DNA of 64,000 bases from Collinsella sp. (GCA_018376905.1 JAHAAK010000007.1:13050-77049); one strand, 5' to 3'; counted from the first letter of the stretch, positions 18,999 to 28,505 are shown. Notes: generated from the sequence alone by a model not told the origin. Numbers and translations: made by a program.

Positions 18999-19122
18999 AT
19001 GCGTTGCGGTGCATTGTGTTTGGGTCGTTGAGATGAGTCGATTTGCCCCGAAAGAGGAGGGCATTGACCTTAGGGTCATGCCCGACGAATGAGCGGCAAA
19101 TCGGCCATCTCGGCGGGCCGAA

Positions 19123-21042
19123 CTACTCCAGCTCAAACGCTCCGGTGTAGAGCTGGTAGTAATACCCGCGCTTGGCGATCAGCTCATCGTGGTTGCCGCG
19201 CTCGATAATGCGGCCGTGGTCCAGACAGATGATCGCGTCGGAGTTGCGCACGGTGGACAGGCGGTGCGCGATGACAAACGTCGTGCGGCCTTCCATGAGC
19301 TTATCCATGCCCGCCTGCACGATGGCCTCGGTGCGGGTGTCGATGCTCGACGTGGCCTCGTCCAGAATCATTGCCGGCGGATCGGCGACGGCGGCGCGTG
19401 CAATCGAGATCAGCTGGCGCTGGCCCTGCGACAGCTGCGCGCCGTTGCCGGTGAGCATGGTGTCGTAGCCGTCGGGCAGGCGGGTGATAAAGTCGTCCGC
19501 GCCCGCGAGCTTGGCCGCCGCGATGCACTCCTCGTCGGTAGCGTCCAGGTTGCCGTAGCGGATGTTATCCATCACAGTGCCGGTGAACAGGTTCACGTCC
19601 TGTAGCACGACGCCCAGCGAGCGGCGCAGGTCGGCCTTGCGGATCTTGTTGACGTTGATGCCGTCGTAGCGGATCTTGCCGTCGGCGATGTCGTAGAAGC
19701 GGTTGATGAGGTTGGTGATGGTCGTCTTACCGGCACCGGTGGCGCCGACAAACGCGACCTTCTGGCCCGGCTTGGCAAACACGGACACGCCGTGCAGCAC
19801 CTCGTGGTCGGGCGTGTAGCCAAAGTCGACGTTGTCCATGACCAGGTCGCCGCGCAGCGGCACGTACTCGATCTCGCCGGTTGCGCGGTGCGGATGTTTC
19901 CACGCCCACATGCCGGTGTGGTGGTCGGCCTCCTCGAGCTGCCAGGTGTCGGGGTTCACCTGAGCGTTGACGAGCGTCACATAGCCTTCGTCGGCTTCGG
20001 GCTCCTCGTCGATGAGCTCAAAGATACGGTCGGCGCCGGCGAGGCCCATGACCACGGCGTTGATCTGCTGCGAGATCTGGCCGATCTGTCCGCAGAACTG
20101 CTTGGTCATGTTGAGGAACGGCACCACGACGGCGATGGACAGTGCCATGCCCGAGATGCTCAGGTTGGGCACGCCCAGCGCCAGGAAAATGCCGCCTGCC
20201 AGTGCGACCAGCACGTAGAGCAGGTTTCCCAGGTTCATAAGGATGGGCATGAGGATGTTGGCGTACATGTTGGCCTTCTGCGAGACCTCGAAGAGCTTTT
20301 CGTTGCGCTCGTCAAAATCGGCTTCGGCGGCAGACTCATGGCAGAATGCCTTGACGACCTTCTGGCCGTTCATGACTTCCTCGATGTGGCCCTCGACCAC
20401 GCCGAGCTCGGCCTGCTGCGCAATAAAGAAGCGCGCGGAGTTGGAGCCGAGCAGCTTGGTCATAAAGGTCATAAAGGCGACGCCTGCCACAATGACCAGG
20501 CACATCCAAACGCTGTAGTACAGCATGATAAAGAACACCGTGACGATGATGATGATCGTCATGAGCAGGTTGGGCAGCGACTGGCTGATCATCTGACGCA
20601 GCGTGTCGATGTCGTTGGTGTAGTGGCTCATGATATCGCCGCGCTGGTGCGTGTCGAAGTAGCGGATCGGCAGGTCCTGCATGCGGTTGAACATCATCTC
20701 GCGCAGCTTCTCCAGCGAGCCCTGCGTGACGATAGCCATGGCGCGGTTCCAGAAGAGCGAGGACAGGACGCCGACGCCGTAGATGCAGGCGAGGGTGGTC
20801 ACGAGCTGTGCGATCTTGGGCTGCGCGGCTTCCCAATCGCCCGACTGCCACGATTCGCCAATAATTTGCAGGGCGCTCTGCAGGAAGGTCGCGCCGATGG
20901 AGTTGATGATGGCGCAGAGCACCACGCCGGCGACGACGAGGGGCAAAAGCACGGGATAGAAGCCAAAGAGCGTCTTGATGAGGCGCGACATGGTGCCGCC
21001 CTTGCGGTTGAGCGCGCGCTCGGCGGTCGTTGCCTTACTCAT
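19123..21042 (-). CDS. ABC exporter, fused permease/ATPase subunit (heterodimer partner 2)
   Basis: Six TM segments then Walker A GATGAGKTT, signature LSQGQRQ and Walker B ILDEATS. Start overlaps the upstream ABC gene's stop by 8 nt. RBS AGGAGG. Confidence 0.85.
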   Translation of the reverse strand: MSKATTAERALNRKGGTMSRLIKTLFGFYPVLLPLVVAGVVLCAIINSIGATFLQSALQIIGESWQSGDWEAAQPKIAQLVTTLACIYGVGVLSSLFWNRAMAIVTQGSLEKLREMMFNRMQDLPIRYFDTHQRGDIMSHYTNDIDTLRQMISQSLPNLLMTIIIIVTVFFIMLYYSVWMCLVIVAGVAFMTFMTKLLGSNSARFFIAQQAELGVVEGHIEEVMNGQKVVKAFCHESAAEADFDERNEKLFEVSQKANMYANILMPILMNLGNLLYVLVALAGGIFLALGVPNLSISGMALSIAVVVPFLNMTKQFCGQIGQISQQINAVVMGLAGADRIFELIDEEPEADEGYVTLVNAQVNPDTWQLEEADHHTGMWAWKHPHRATGEIEYVPLRGDLVMDNVDFGYTPDHEVLHGVSVFAKPGQKVAFVGATGAGKTTITNLINRFYDIADGKIRYDGINVNKIRKADLRRSLGVVLQDVNLFTGTVMDNIRYGNLDATDEECIAAAKLAGADDFITRLPDGYDTMLTGNGAQLSQGQRQLISIARAAVADPPAMILDEATSSIDTRTEAIVQAGMDKLMEGRTTFVIAHRLSTVRNSDAIICLDHGRIIERGNHDELIAKRGYYYQLYTGAFELE

Positions 21043-22849
21043 GTGCCTCGCCTCCTTCCTGAGTCTGAGCTTGCGTTGCGGATGCCTCGGTGTCGGCCTC
21101 GACGGCCCCTTCGCCCTCGGCGCTCATCTTGTTTTGCGAGGTAAAGGTCTCGCGGTAGATCTCGCTCGTCTTAAGCAGCTCGTCATGGTTGCCGATCTGC
21201 GCGATTCGGCCGCCCTCCATGACGATGATGCGGTCTGCGTCCTGTACGGAGCTGATGCGCTGGGCGATGATGAGCTTGGTCGTGTTGGGCAGATAGCTTG
21301 CCAGCCCTGCGCGAATTTTTGCGTCGGTCTTGGTGTCGACGGCGCTGGTGGAGTCGTCCAGGATCAAGATCTTGGGGCGACGCAGCAGGGCGCGTGCAAT
21401 GCACAGGCGCTGCTTCTGACCGCCCGAAACATTAGAGCCGCCCTGTTCGATCCAGGTGTCGTAGCCCTTGGGAAAACCGTCGACAAACTCGTCGGCGCAG
21501 GCCAGATGCGCCGCCTCGCGGACTTCCTCGTCGGTGGCGTTCGGGTCGCCCCAACGCAGGTTCTCGGCGATGGTGCCGCTAAACAGCACGTTTTTCTGTA
21601 GCACCATGGCGACCTGGTGACGCAGCGCGTCCAGGTCGTAGTCGCGCACGTCCACGCCGCCCACGCGCACAGCGCCTTCGGTGGTGTCGTACAGGCGGGC
21701 GATGAGGTTAACGAGCGTGGACTTGGCCGAGCCGGTGCCGCCGATGATGCCGATGGTCTCGCCGCTCGTAATGTGCAGGTCGATATCGTCGAGCGCCTGG
21801 CGCTTCGCATGCTTGGAATACTTAAAACTCACGTGGTCAAAGTCGATGGAACCGTCGGCAACCTCGAGCACGGGCTCGGCGGGATCGGCGATCGTGGGCT
21901 CGGCGGCCAGCACCTCGGTGATGCGGTGCGCCGATTCGTCGGCCATGGTCACCATGACAAAGATCATCGACAGCTGCATCAGGCTCATGAGAATCTGGAA
22001 ACCATAGGTAAAGGTCGAGGAGAGCTGGCCCACGTCGAACAGCGTGCCCTGGCTCGTGATGATGAGCTTGGAGCCCAGGTAGATGATGACGACAAACGCG
22101 CCGTTGACGCAGATGTTCATCATGGGGTTGTTAAAGGCGAGCAGCTTCTCGGCGCGGGTGAAGTCCATCTGGACGTCGTGCGCGGCGGTGGCGAACTTCT
22201 CCTTCTCAAAGTCTTCGCGCACGTAGCTCTTGACCACGCGCATGCCGGTGACGTTTTCCTCGACGGACTCGTTAAGGGCGTCGTACTTGTGGAACACGCG
22301 CGAGAAGATGGGGCGTACCTTAAAGATGATAAAGAACAGGCCAAAGCCCAGCAGCGGAATGATGACCAGGTAGACCATGGCGACGCTGCCGCCCATGATA
22401 AATGCCATGGTAAAGGCGAAGATCAAGACCAGCGGCGCGCGCACGGCGATACGGATGATCATCATAAAGGCCTGTTGAACGTTGTTGATGTCAGTGGTCA
22501 GACGCGTGACGAGCGAGGAGCTCGAGAACTCATCGATGTTGGCAAAGCTGAACGTCTGGATCTTGTAGAACAGGTCGTGACGCAGGTTCTTGGCAAAGCC
22601 GCAACTCGCATGGCTGCAGGTGACGCCGGCAGCGGCGCCAAAAGCAAGCGACGTCAGCGCGATGAGCACCAAAAAGCCTGCGGTGGGAAGCATCTCGGCT
22701 ACGGTGGCGCCGTCTTTGATGGCGTCGATCAGGTTGGCGGTGATAAATGGAATCAGCATTTCGCAGAGCACCTCGCCAAGCACGAGCAGCGGCGTGGCAA
22801 CGGTGACTTTCATATAGTCGCGGATGCTGCCCATGAGGGTTTTAATCAT
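21035..22849 (-). CDS. ABC exporter, fused permease/ATPase subunit (heterodimer partner 1)
   Basis: TM domain plus nucleotide-binding domain [27 protein letters not shown]. Start overlaps the MarR stop by 8 nt. Confidence 0.85.
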   Translation of the reverse strand: MIKTLMGSIRDYMKVTVATPLLVLGEVLCEMLIPFITANLIDAIKDGATVAEMLPTAGFLVLIALTSLAFGAAAGVTCSHASCGFAKNLRHDLFYKIQTFSFANIDEFSSSSLVTRLTTDINNVQQAFMMIIRIAVRAPLVLIFAFTMAFIMGGSVAMVYLVIIPLLGFGLFFIIFKVRPIFSRVFHKYDALNESVEENVTGMRVVKSYVREDFEKEKFATAAHDVQMDFTRAEKLLAFNNPMMNICVNGAFVVIIYLGSKLIITSQGTLFDVGQLSSTFTYGFQILMSLMQLSMIFVMVTMADESAHRITEVLAAEPTIADPAEPVLEVADGSIDFDHVSFKYSKHAKRQALDDIDLHITSGETIGIIGGTGSAKSTLVNLIARLYDTTEGAVRVGGVDVRDYDLDALRHQVAMVLQKNVLFSGTIAENLRWGDPNATDEEVREAAHLACADEFVDGFPKGYDTWIEQGGSNVSGGQKQRLCIARALLRRPKILILDDSTSAVDTKTDAKIRAGLASYLPNTTKLIIAQRISSVQDADRIIVMEGGRIAQIGNHDELLKTSEIYRETFTSQNKMSAEGEGAVEADTEASATQAQTQEGGEAHE

Positions 22850-23348
22850 CCAGTTCCTCCCAGGTTACACGGATTTTATCGAGCATTTCGGCGAGGTCTT
22901 CGCGCTCGTCGTGGGTGAGGGCACTAAAGGCCCGCTCTCTAAAGCGGATGCGGGCCGCCTGGTCGATGCGGGCGTTTTCTCGGCCGGTTTCGGTCAGGCG
23001 AATGGTGAGTTGCCGTCGATCTTTGGGGTTACGGCTGCGCTCAATGAGGCCGTTGACCTCGAGCTTGGACAGGATCTCGGAAAGCGACCCCGGCTTGAGG
23101 TCAAAGTGCATGCCGAGTTCCTGCTGCGACATCTCGCCGCCGGGCTGCTTGGCCAGCAGGCAAATGATGGGCGCCTTGCCGGACACGCCTCCGCCATGAA
23201 AATGCATGTAATGGCCGCAAAAACCCAGGCCGCTCAGGATGCGCTTGGCAAGCTTGTCTTCCGAGCTAACCGCTTCGGGTACATCCGCCGGCTGTGACGG
23301 GTCGCCGCCGGGCTCGTGCGAACAAAGGTTAAGAAGTTCATCGCACAT
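22842..23348 (-). CDS. MarR-family transcriptional regulator
   Basis: Winged-helix core MSQQELGMHFDLKPGSLSEILSKLEVNGLIERSRNPKDRRQ. First gene of the MarR-ABC-ABC operon. Confidence 0.8.
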   Translation of the reverse strand: MCDELLNLCSHEPGGDPSQPADVPEAVSSEDKLAKRILSGLGFCGHYMHFHGGGVSGKAPIICLLAKQPGGEMSQQELGMHFDLKPGSLSEILSKLEVNGLIERSRNPKDRRQLTIRLTETGRENARIDQAARIRFRERAFSALTHDEREDLAEMLDKIRVTWEELDD

Positions 23349-23446
23349 GAATTAGTGTTGCTCCTTTCTTTAGTTAGGTAGTGGAATTGTTTTGTGCCTA
23401 ACCAATCTAGGAGCATGAGAAATGAATGTCAAGGTACCAAACTAGT

Positions 23447-23584
23447 GGTTACGCGGTTTTACCAAACCGCGTAACGGCTCGACGCTGCAAGCGTTCCTAA
23501 GCGGCAATCTGTGATTCCGCCACGGTCCGCTTTGGTGCATGTGATCCCTTGGGGACGGAGGAAAAGGGATCATTTTCCGTAACC
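23447..23584 (+). ncRNA. Conserved structured non-coding element D, copy 1 (pdxK leader)
   Basis: 5' hairpin GGTTACGCGGTTT-TACC-AAACCGCGTAACG (23447-23476). A CGACGCTGC...CAAT.TGT.ATTC segment. 3' hairpin GATCCC-TTGGGGACGGAGGAAAA-GGGATC followed by ATTTT (23543-23576). A second copy at 50635-50880 carries compensatory changes in both stems. Confidence 0.5.
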
Positions 23585-23698
23585 TTTCCGCAACAATTTA
23601 CCCTTCGCGCTGCTCGACTCCGCTCACAACGTCCCCTGCGCTACACTTAGTCGCACTGTGGCGCTGCTGTGCCGCGCCCGAACTAAGGGGGGACTCTC

Positions 23699-24523
23699 AT
23701 GAAGAACACTCAGCTGCTGCTGATCAACGATATGTGCGGCTACGGCAAGGTCGCGCTTTCCGCCATGCTGCCGGTGCTGTCGCACATGGGCTACCGTATC
23801 CATAACCTGCCGACGGCGCTCGTTTCCGATACGCTCAACTACCCCAAGTTCTACATCCACGACACCACCGAGTACGTGCGTCAAAGCCTCGCTATCTGGG
23901 AGGAGCTCGGCTTTGAGTTCGACGCCATCTCGACCGGCTTTATCGTGACCGAGGAAGAGACGCGTATCATCTCGGACTTTTGCCACCGCCGCGCGCAAAA
24001 GGGCACCAAGGTGTTCGTCGATCCCATCATGGGCGACAACGGCAAGCTCTATGCGGGCGTGCCCGAGTCCACGATTGGCCTTATGCGGCATCTGCTGGAG
24101 TGCGCAGACTACGCGGTGCCCAACTATACCGAGGCATGCCTGCTCACCGATACGCCTATCGCCGAGCAACTCACGCCCGACGAGGCCCGCGCCCTTGTGG
24201 ACGCCGTGCGCGAGCTGGGTGCCAAGTCGGTGGTCATTACGAGCGCCGTGGTCAATGGCACGAACGCGGTTATCGGTTACGACCATGTGGCGGGGGAGTA
24301 CTTCACGATTCCCTTTGAGCTCATTCCGGTCTATTTCCCGGGCACGGGCGACACGTTCTCGGCGGTGCTCGTCGGCCGCGTTATGGCCGGTTGGAGCCTG
24401 CAGCGCGCGACGTCCGATGCCATGCGCGTGGTGGCTGAGCTTATCGAGCGCAATGCCGACCAAGAGGACAAGTCGGCTGGCCTTCCCATCGAGGCCTGCC
24501 TGGATGTGATTGACCATGAGTAA
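23699..24523 (+). CDS. pdxK: Pyridoxal/pyridoxine/pyridoxamine kinase (ribokinase-like PdxK/PdxY family)
   Basis: 274 aa with N-terminus LLINDMCGYGKVALSAMLPVLSHMGY and the ribokinase-fold GTGDTFSA region. RBS GGGGGGACTCTC before the ATG. Confidence 0.8.
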   Translation: MKNTQLLLINDMCGYGKVALSAMLPVLSHMGYRIHNLPTALVSDTLNYPKFYIHDTTEYVRQSLAIWEELGFEFDAISTGFIVTEEETRIISDFCHRRAQKGTKVFVDPIMGDNGKLYAGVPESTIGLMRHLLECADYAVPNYTEACLLTDTPIAEQLTPDEARALVDAVRELGAKSVVITSAVVNGTNAVIGYDHVAGEYFTIPFELIPVYFPGTGDTFSAVLVGRVMAGWSLQRATSDAMRVVAELIERNADQEDKSAGLPIEACLDVIDHE

Positions 24524-24845
24524 TGCTGGCGAGGGCGGCGCCAAGCCTGCGGGCGAGAACAAGCCGCTCGGCGCGCCGCGGGGCAAGCGTCCGCGCATCC
24601 GCGTGAGCTGCGTGGACCAGCTGGGTGCGTGCCGCTGCCACCATGGTCACAAGCCGGGCGACGTTTTTGACTTCGACCGAGACCGCGGCAAGATGTGTGC
24701 CATGGCCTGCCATGTGGGCTTTCCCTATATCGATATCCTGCGCTATGGCGGAACCGTGCCTGGCAACGAGCCCGGTACGGCAAAGTTCTGCTGCCCCGAG
24801 GTCGATACGCTGAACGTCTGGCTTGCCGAGATCGTCGACGAGTAG
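24516..24845 (+). CDS. Small cysteine-rich protein, resembles the uncharacterized TIGR04076 family
   Basis: ATG at 24516 overlaps the pdxK stop as ATGAGTAA (translational coupling). Cysteine pattern C..C.CHHGH..GD.F.F....C..CH.GFPY......GG......KFCCPE. Confidence 0.55.
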   Translation: MSNAGEGGAKPAGENKPLGAPRGKRPRIRVSCVDQLGACRCHHGHKPGDVFDFDRDRGKMCAMACHVGFPYIDILRYGGTVPGNEPGTAKFCCPEVDTLNVWLAEIVDE

Positions 24846-24853
24846 TCGAGCGC

Positions 24854-24886
24854 AATGTGACAAAGGGACAGTCCCTTTGTCACATT
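24854..24886. repeat. Family-A palindrome copy
   Basis: AATGTGACAAAGGGACAGTCCCTTTGTCACATT, perfect. Confidence 0.85.
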
Positions 24887-24927
24887 CGCCGGGGCTGCCC
24901 CTTCTTTTTGCTTATAATCCTAAATCT

Positions 24928-25004
24928 CTGCATTTCATCCGATTTTAGGTTCTAAAAATCCTACATTTCATCGATAATTAAGCGCATAAAACTTTGCATT
25001 TCAT
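24928..25004 (+). promoter_or_regulatory. Three direct repeats YTRCATTTCAT at 33-bp period in an AT-rich segment just upstream of DUF4143 ATPase paralog 1
   Basis: CTGCATTTCAT at 24928, CTACATTTCAT at 24961, TTGCATTTCAT at 24994. TATAAT at 24913. Confidence 0.6.
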
Positions 25005-25028
25005 TTGATGACACTGAGGGGAGAGCCT

Positions 25029-26390
25029 ATGCTGCGCAGGAAAATAGCGGCAGAGCTGGAGCGTTGGCTGAAGTCTGCCGAGCAAAAGGCCTTATTCATC
25101 ACGGGTTCTCGCCAGATCGGCAAAAGCTATTCGATTCGCGCATTTGGCAAAGCCAGCCATGCAACCTACATCGAGCTCAATCTCATGGAAAATCGCCAGG
25201 CAAAAGATGCTCTTCTCGAGGCGCGGAATGCCGATGATTTCATCAGCAGGGTGACGCTTCTTTCGGGAAAGTCGATTGCACCAGGCAAAACGCTCGTGTT
25301 TATCGATGAGGTCCAAGAGGCCCCCGACATCATGACGATGGCAAAGTTCCTTGTAGAGGACGGGAGGTGCCGCTGGGCGTTTTCGGGGTCAATGCTCGGG
25401 ACCCAGTTCAAGGGCGTCAGGTCCTATCCCGTGGGGTATGTCCACGAGCTTAGGATGTTCCCGCTCGATTTTGAGGAGTTTTGCTGGGCAACCGGGGTGA
25501 GCGAGGGGGCTCGCCAAACGATACGTGACGCGTGTATCAGCGAGAGGCCCATTCCTGATTACATTCATGACGCGATGATGGCAAACTTCAGGACCTATAC
25601 CGTTGTCGGCGGAATGCCGGAGGTCGTGCAGCGTTTCCTTGACACGCAGGGCGACCTTGCCTCTGTTCGTCAGCTGCAGTCAGAGCTCAACGAACAGTAC
25701 CGGCGGGATATCTCCAAGTATGCAAGCGGGCGAGCCCTGCAGGTGCAGAGCATCTACGATCAGCTCCCTATTATGCTCGAGGGCGAAAACAAGCGCTTCG
25801 TGCTCAATTCCATTGACCCCAAGGCTCACTACGAGAAGTATCAGCGAGATTTTGTATGGCTTGTCGATGCCGGCGTTGCTCTCAAAGCCGATATCGTAAC
25901 CGAGCCAAAATCGCCCCTGCTCAAGACGGCACGGCCATCGCAGTTCAAGCTATATCAATCGGATACGGGCATGTTGATGGCGCGCTACCCCGTTGGAGTC
26001 GCCCAAGCGGCGTATCTTGATAGCAAAGAGCCCAATCTGGGCGGCATTTACGAAAACGTGGTGGCCCAGCAGCTAGCTGCCCAAAATCGCCAGCTTTACT
26101 ACTATCAGACAAAAAAGCGCGGCGAAGTGGACTTTGTGGTCGATGGACCGGATGGGACGGCTGTTCCGATCGAGGTTAAATCGGGCTCCTATTACCACGC
26201 GCACGCTGCGCTCGGTCATGTGCTTGATACGGCTGAATATGGCGTAAGGCTCGGGATTGTTTTCTCGAGAGGCAACGTTGAGCGCAACGGAGCGGTTCTC
26301 TATTTGCCGCTATATGCGACCTGGGCCCTTTCGGATGTTTTGGGCGACTCCTGCGCCGAGGGGATAAAGCTGGAGGTCAAGCCGGTCTAG
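25029..26390 (+). CDS. AAA+ ATPase (COG1373, AAA_14) with a C-terminal DUF4143 domain (PD-(D/E)xK-like), paralog 1
   Basis: Walker A GSRQIGKS and Walker B LVFIDEVQ. C-terminal EVDFVVD...PIEVKSG. Start at MLRRK (RBS GAGGGGAGAG), which aligns with the paralog N-termini. GC content is lower than in the flanking genes. Confidence 0.8.
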   Translation: MLRRKIAAELERWLKSAEQKALFITGSRQIGKSYSIRAFGKASHATYIELNLMENRQAKDALLEARNADDFISRVTLLSGKSIAPGKTLVFIDEVQEAPDIMTMAKFLVEDGRCRWAFSGSMLGTQFKGVRSYPVGYVHELRMFPLDFEEFCWATGVSEGARQTIRDACISERPIPDYIHDAMMANFRTYTVVGGMPEVVQRFLDTQGDLASVRQLQSELNEQYRRDISKYASGRALQVQSIYDQLPIMLEGENKRFVLNSIDPKAHYEKYQRDFVWLVDAGVALKADIVTEPKSPLLKTARPSQFKLYQSDTGMLMARYPVGVAQAAYLDSKEPNLGGIYENVVAQQLAAQNRQLYYYQTKKRGEVDFVVDGPDGTAVPIEVKSGSYYHAHAALGHVLDTAEYGVRLGIVFSRGNVERNGAVLYLPLYATWALSDVLGDSCAEGIKLEVKPV

Positions 26391-26402
26391 GGCCAGTCCC
26401 GG

Positions 26403-26433
26403 ATGTGGCAAAGGGGCAGTCCCTTTGTCACAT
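26403..26433. repeat. Family-A palindrome variant ATGTGGCAAAGGGGCAGTCCCTTTGTCACAT
   Basis: Directly after the ATPase paralog 1 stop. Confidence 0.8.
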
Positions 26434-26436
26434 TCA

Positions 26437-26500
26437 TGAGCGTGGATTTTCTCCCGTTTAGAGCGCACTCGAGCGCTCAAAGTGGGAGAAAATCCACGCT
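26437..26500. repeat. Palindromic element B (about 64 bp), copy 1
   Basis: GAGCGTGGATTTTCTCCCGTTT ... AAAGTGGGAGAAAATCCACGCTC. A second copy lies at 33029-33092. Confidence 0.75.
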
Positions 26501-26546
26501 CGTTTTATGCCGATGGCGTGGCACGTGCGTCCGCGTGCTCGCTTGC

Positions 26547-26993
26547 CTATAACTGCTCGAGCATGGCCGTGCAGCCGGCGAGCACATCGCGGTAGGTGGC
26601 ATCGAAGTTGCCGGTGTACCAGGGATCGGCCACGTCGCCGGGGCGATCGGTCCAATCGAGCAGGCGCGAGATCTTGCCGTCGGGGTCGTCGCCAAAGATG
26701 CGGTACAGGCCGCGGGCGTTTTCGTCGTCCATATAGACAATGTGGTCCCAGTCGCCATACTCCGCGCGTCGCACCTGGCGCGCGCGATGTGCGACGACGG
26801 GAATCCCGACCTCGCGCAGCTTGGCGAGCGTGCCATGGTGCGGCGGGTTGCCAATCTCCTCGGTCGAGGTCGCCGCGGAATCAATGACAAACTCGCCCTC
26901 GCGCCCAGCGCGGCGCACGAGCTCGGCAAACACCGACTCAGCCATCGTCGAGCGACAGATGTTGCCATGGCAGATAAACAGTATGCGTTGCAT
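26547..26993 (-). CDS. Low-molecular-weight protein-tyrosine phosphatase
   Basis: P-loop ILFICHGNICRSTMAE (CX5R-S) and the DP-loop aspartate region DPWY. Confidence 0.75.
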   Translation of the reverse strand: MQRILFICHGNICRSTMAESVFAELVRRAGREGEFVIDSAATSTEEIGNPPHHGTLAKLREVGIPVVAHRARQVRRAEYGDWDHIVYMDDENARGLYRIFGDDPDGKISRLLDWTDRPGDVADPWYTGNFDATYRDVLAGCTAMLEQL

Positions 26994-27026
26994 GAGCGGT
27001 TTCCTTTCTAGGCGGTCGTGCAGGGC

Positions 27027-28397
27027 TTACAGACTGCTCTTGAGGCAGTTTGCTCCAATAAAGCCCGCTGCGTACAAGGGGAGGTGGCGTAGCTCGCGCC
27101 CGTCATCGGTTTCGCTGCGGAAAAAATTGTTCTCGGACAAAATGTAGGCATATGGCGATCGGGCTTTGTCCATGAACGACCCGAGGGTTCTCGCGCGCAC
27201 GTTGCGTGCGGACTTTACCTCGACGGGCACGATTTCCATACGGTCGGTCTGAAGTAGAAAATCGAGCTCGCCGGTCGTCTTCCAAGACGACGGCGGCACC
27301 CAGTAATACGTCTGCAAGCTGTTGCCCGAAAATGCTTGCATGACCGAGTTTTCCGCCAGGGCGCCTCGGAAGTCGGAAGATAGCGCTATGGCGGAATCTT
27401 CTTTGAGGTCGAGCCAGAGCCTCGGGTTGATGCCGAGTTTGTAGAACATGAGGCCGGTATCGAGAAGATAGACCTTAAAGAAACTTCCATCTTCGTCGTC
27501 GAAGGGAACGAGGGGAGGCTCGATGCCTTCGGTCAGGTTGTTGACCGATATGATACCGGCGCCTTCGAGCCAGTCGAGCGGCTCGATAAGCTTGGCGCGA
27601 CGGCCTCCGCGTTCGACCTCGGAGTACTTGAATTTTTTTGTGGACGATCTCAGCAGCTGGGACGGAATGGAGCGCCAGACCTTGCGTGCCGCCACGCCGC
27701 TGATCCCGTTTTCGGGGTCGGTCATATCGGCGGTATAGGTCTCGTTGATTTCGCGCTGCTCGACGCGCGCATCCTCGATGGATAACGTCTTGCGATATGC
27801 GTTGACGGCGGCGGGCATGCCGCCCACGATCTGGTATCGATGAAACAGGCTGAGCGCGGCTTGGTGCGCGGCGTAGGTCTCGAGCGTGCCGGCGTGGGTA
27901 CGAATGGCATCGGCCATCTGCTCCTCATCGAGCGCCCAGAGAAACTCCTCGAACGACATAGGATGCATGGTCTCTTGACGAACGCCGCTGGGAAAAGGCA
28001 GCTTACGTTTGCGCGTGGCGACGCCGAGCTGACTGCCGGTCGCGCATATGCGCCAGCCCGAACCCGAAAAAAAGCGAAGCGAGTTGAGCGCCCGTTCGCA
28101 GAGCTGCACCTCGTCAAACAGGATGAAGGTGGTTTCTTTGCGAATGGGGGCGCGTTTATAGTCTGAAATCCGCGCCACGATGGTGTCAACGTCGTCGGTG
28201 GGACAATCGAACAGCGGAGCGATCAGCTCAAGATCGGTCTGAAAGTCGAGTTTGACAAACGCATCGCCGGCGATTCGCCTGCCGATTTCCTCGGCAGCGT
28301 ACGTTTTGCCTACGCGTCGCGCACCACGGATGAGGAGGGGGCGTGAGGCGTCCTTTGTCGCCCATGATTCGATAACGGACTCGATTGATCTGCGCAT
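27027..28397 (-). CDS. AAA+ ATPase (COG1373) with DUF4143 / PD-(D/E)xK-like domain, paralog 2
   Basis: GARRVGKTY, FILFDEVQ, and C-terminal ELDFLLQ...PVEVKSAR. Confidence 0.8.
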   Translation of the reverse strand: MRRSIESVIESWATKDASRPLLIRGARRVGKTYAAEEIGRRIAGDAFVKLDFQTDLELIAPLFDCPTDDVDTIVARISDYKRAPIRKETTFILFDEVQLCERALNSLRFFSGSGWRICATGSQLGVATRKRKLPFPSGVRQETMHPMSFEEFLWALDEEQMADAIRTHAGTLETYAAHQAALSLFHRYQIVGGMPAAVNAYRKTLSIEDARVEQREINETYTADMTDPENGISGVAARKVWRSIPSQLLRSSTKKFKYSEVERGGRRAKLIEPLDWLEGAGIISVNNLTEGIEPPLVPFDDEDGSFFKVYLLDTGLMFYKLGINPRLWLDLKEDSAIALSSDFRGALAENSVMQAFSGNSLQTYYWVPPSSWKTTGELDFLLQTDRMEIVPVEVKSARNVRARTLGSFMDKARSPYAYILSENNFFRSETDDGRELRHLPLYAAGFIGANCLKSSL

Positions 28398-28413
28398 GGG
28401 GCCGCCTTTCCAA

Positions 28414-28505
28414 TTTCGTGTACTTCAGATACATAGTTTAGTACGATTTCATGTACTTGAAATACACGAAATAATAGAAAAGCGTGTATCTCAAATACAC
28501 GAAAT
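28414..28505 (-). promoter_or_regulatory. Three direct repeats (TTTCGTGTATTT-N-TACA type) at about 33-bp period immediately upstream of ATPase paralog 2
   Basis: Plus-strand cores TACTTCAGATACA (28421), TACTTGAAATACA (28455) and TATCTCAAATACA (28487). AT-rich. Confidence 0.6.

Noticed and set aside
24928-25004. CRISPR array interpretation of the direct repeats upstream of the ATPase paralogs (also 28414-28505 and 47886-47995)
   Set aside because: Repeat cores are only 11-14 nt and not identical, the spacing equals the period (32-34 bp) with no unique spacers of CRISPR size, and no cas genes are present.
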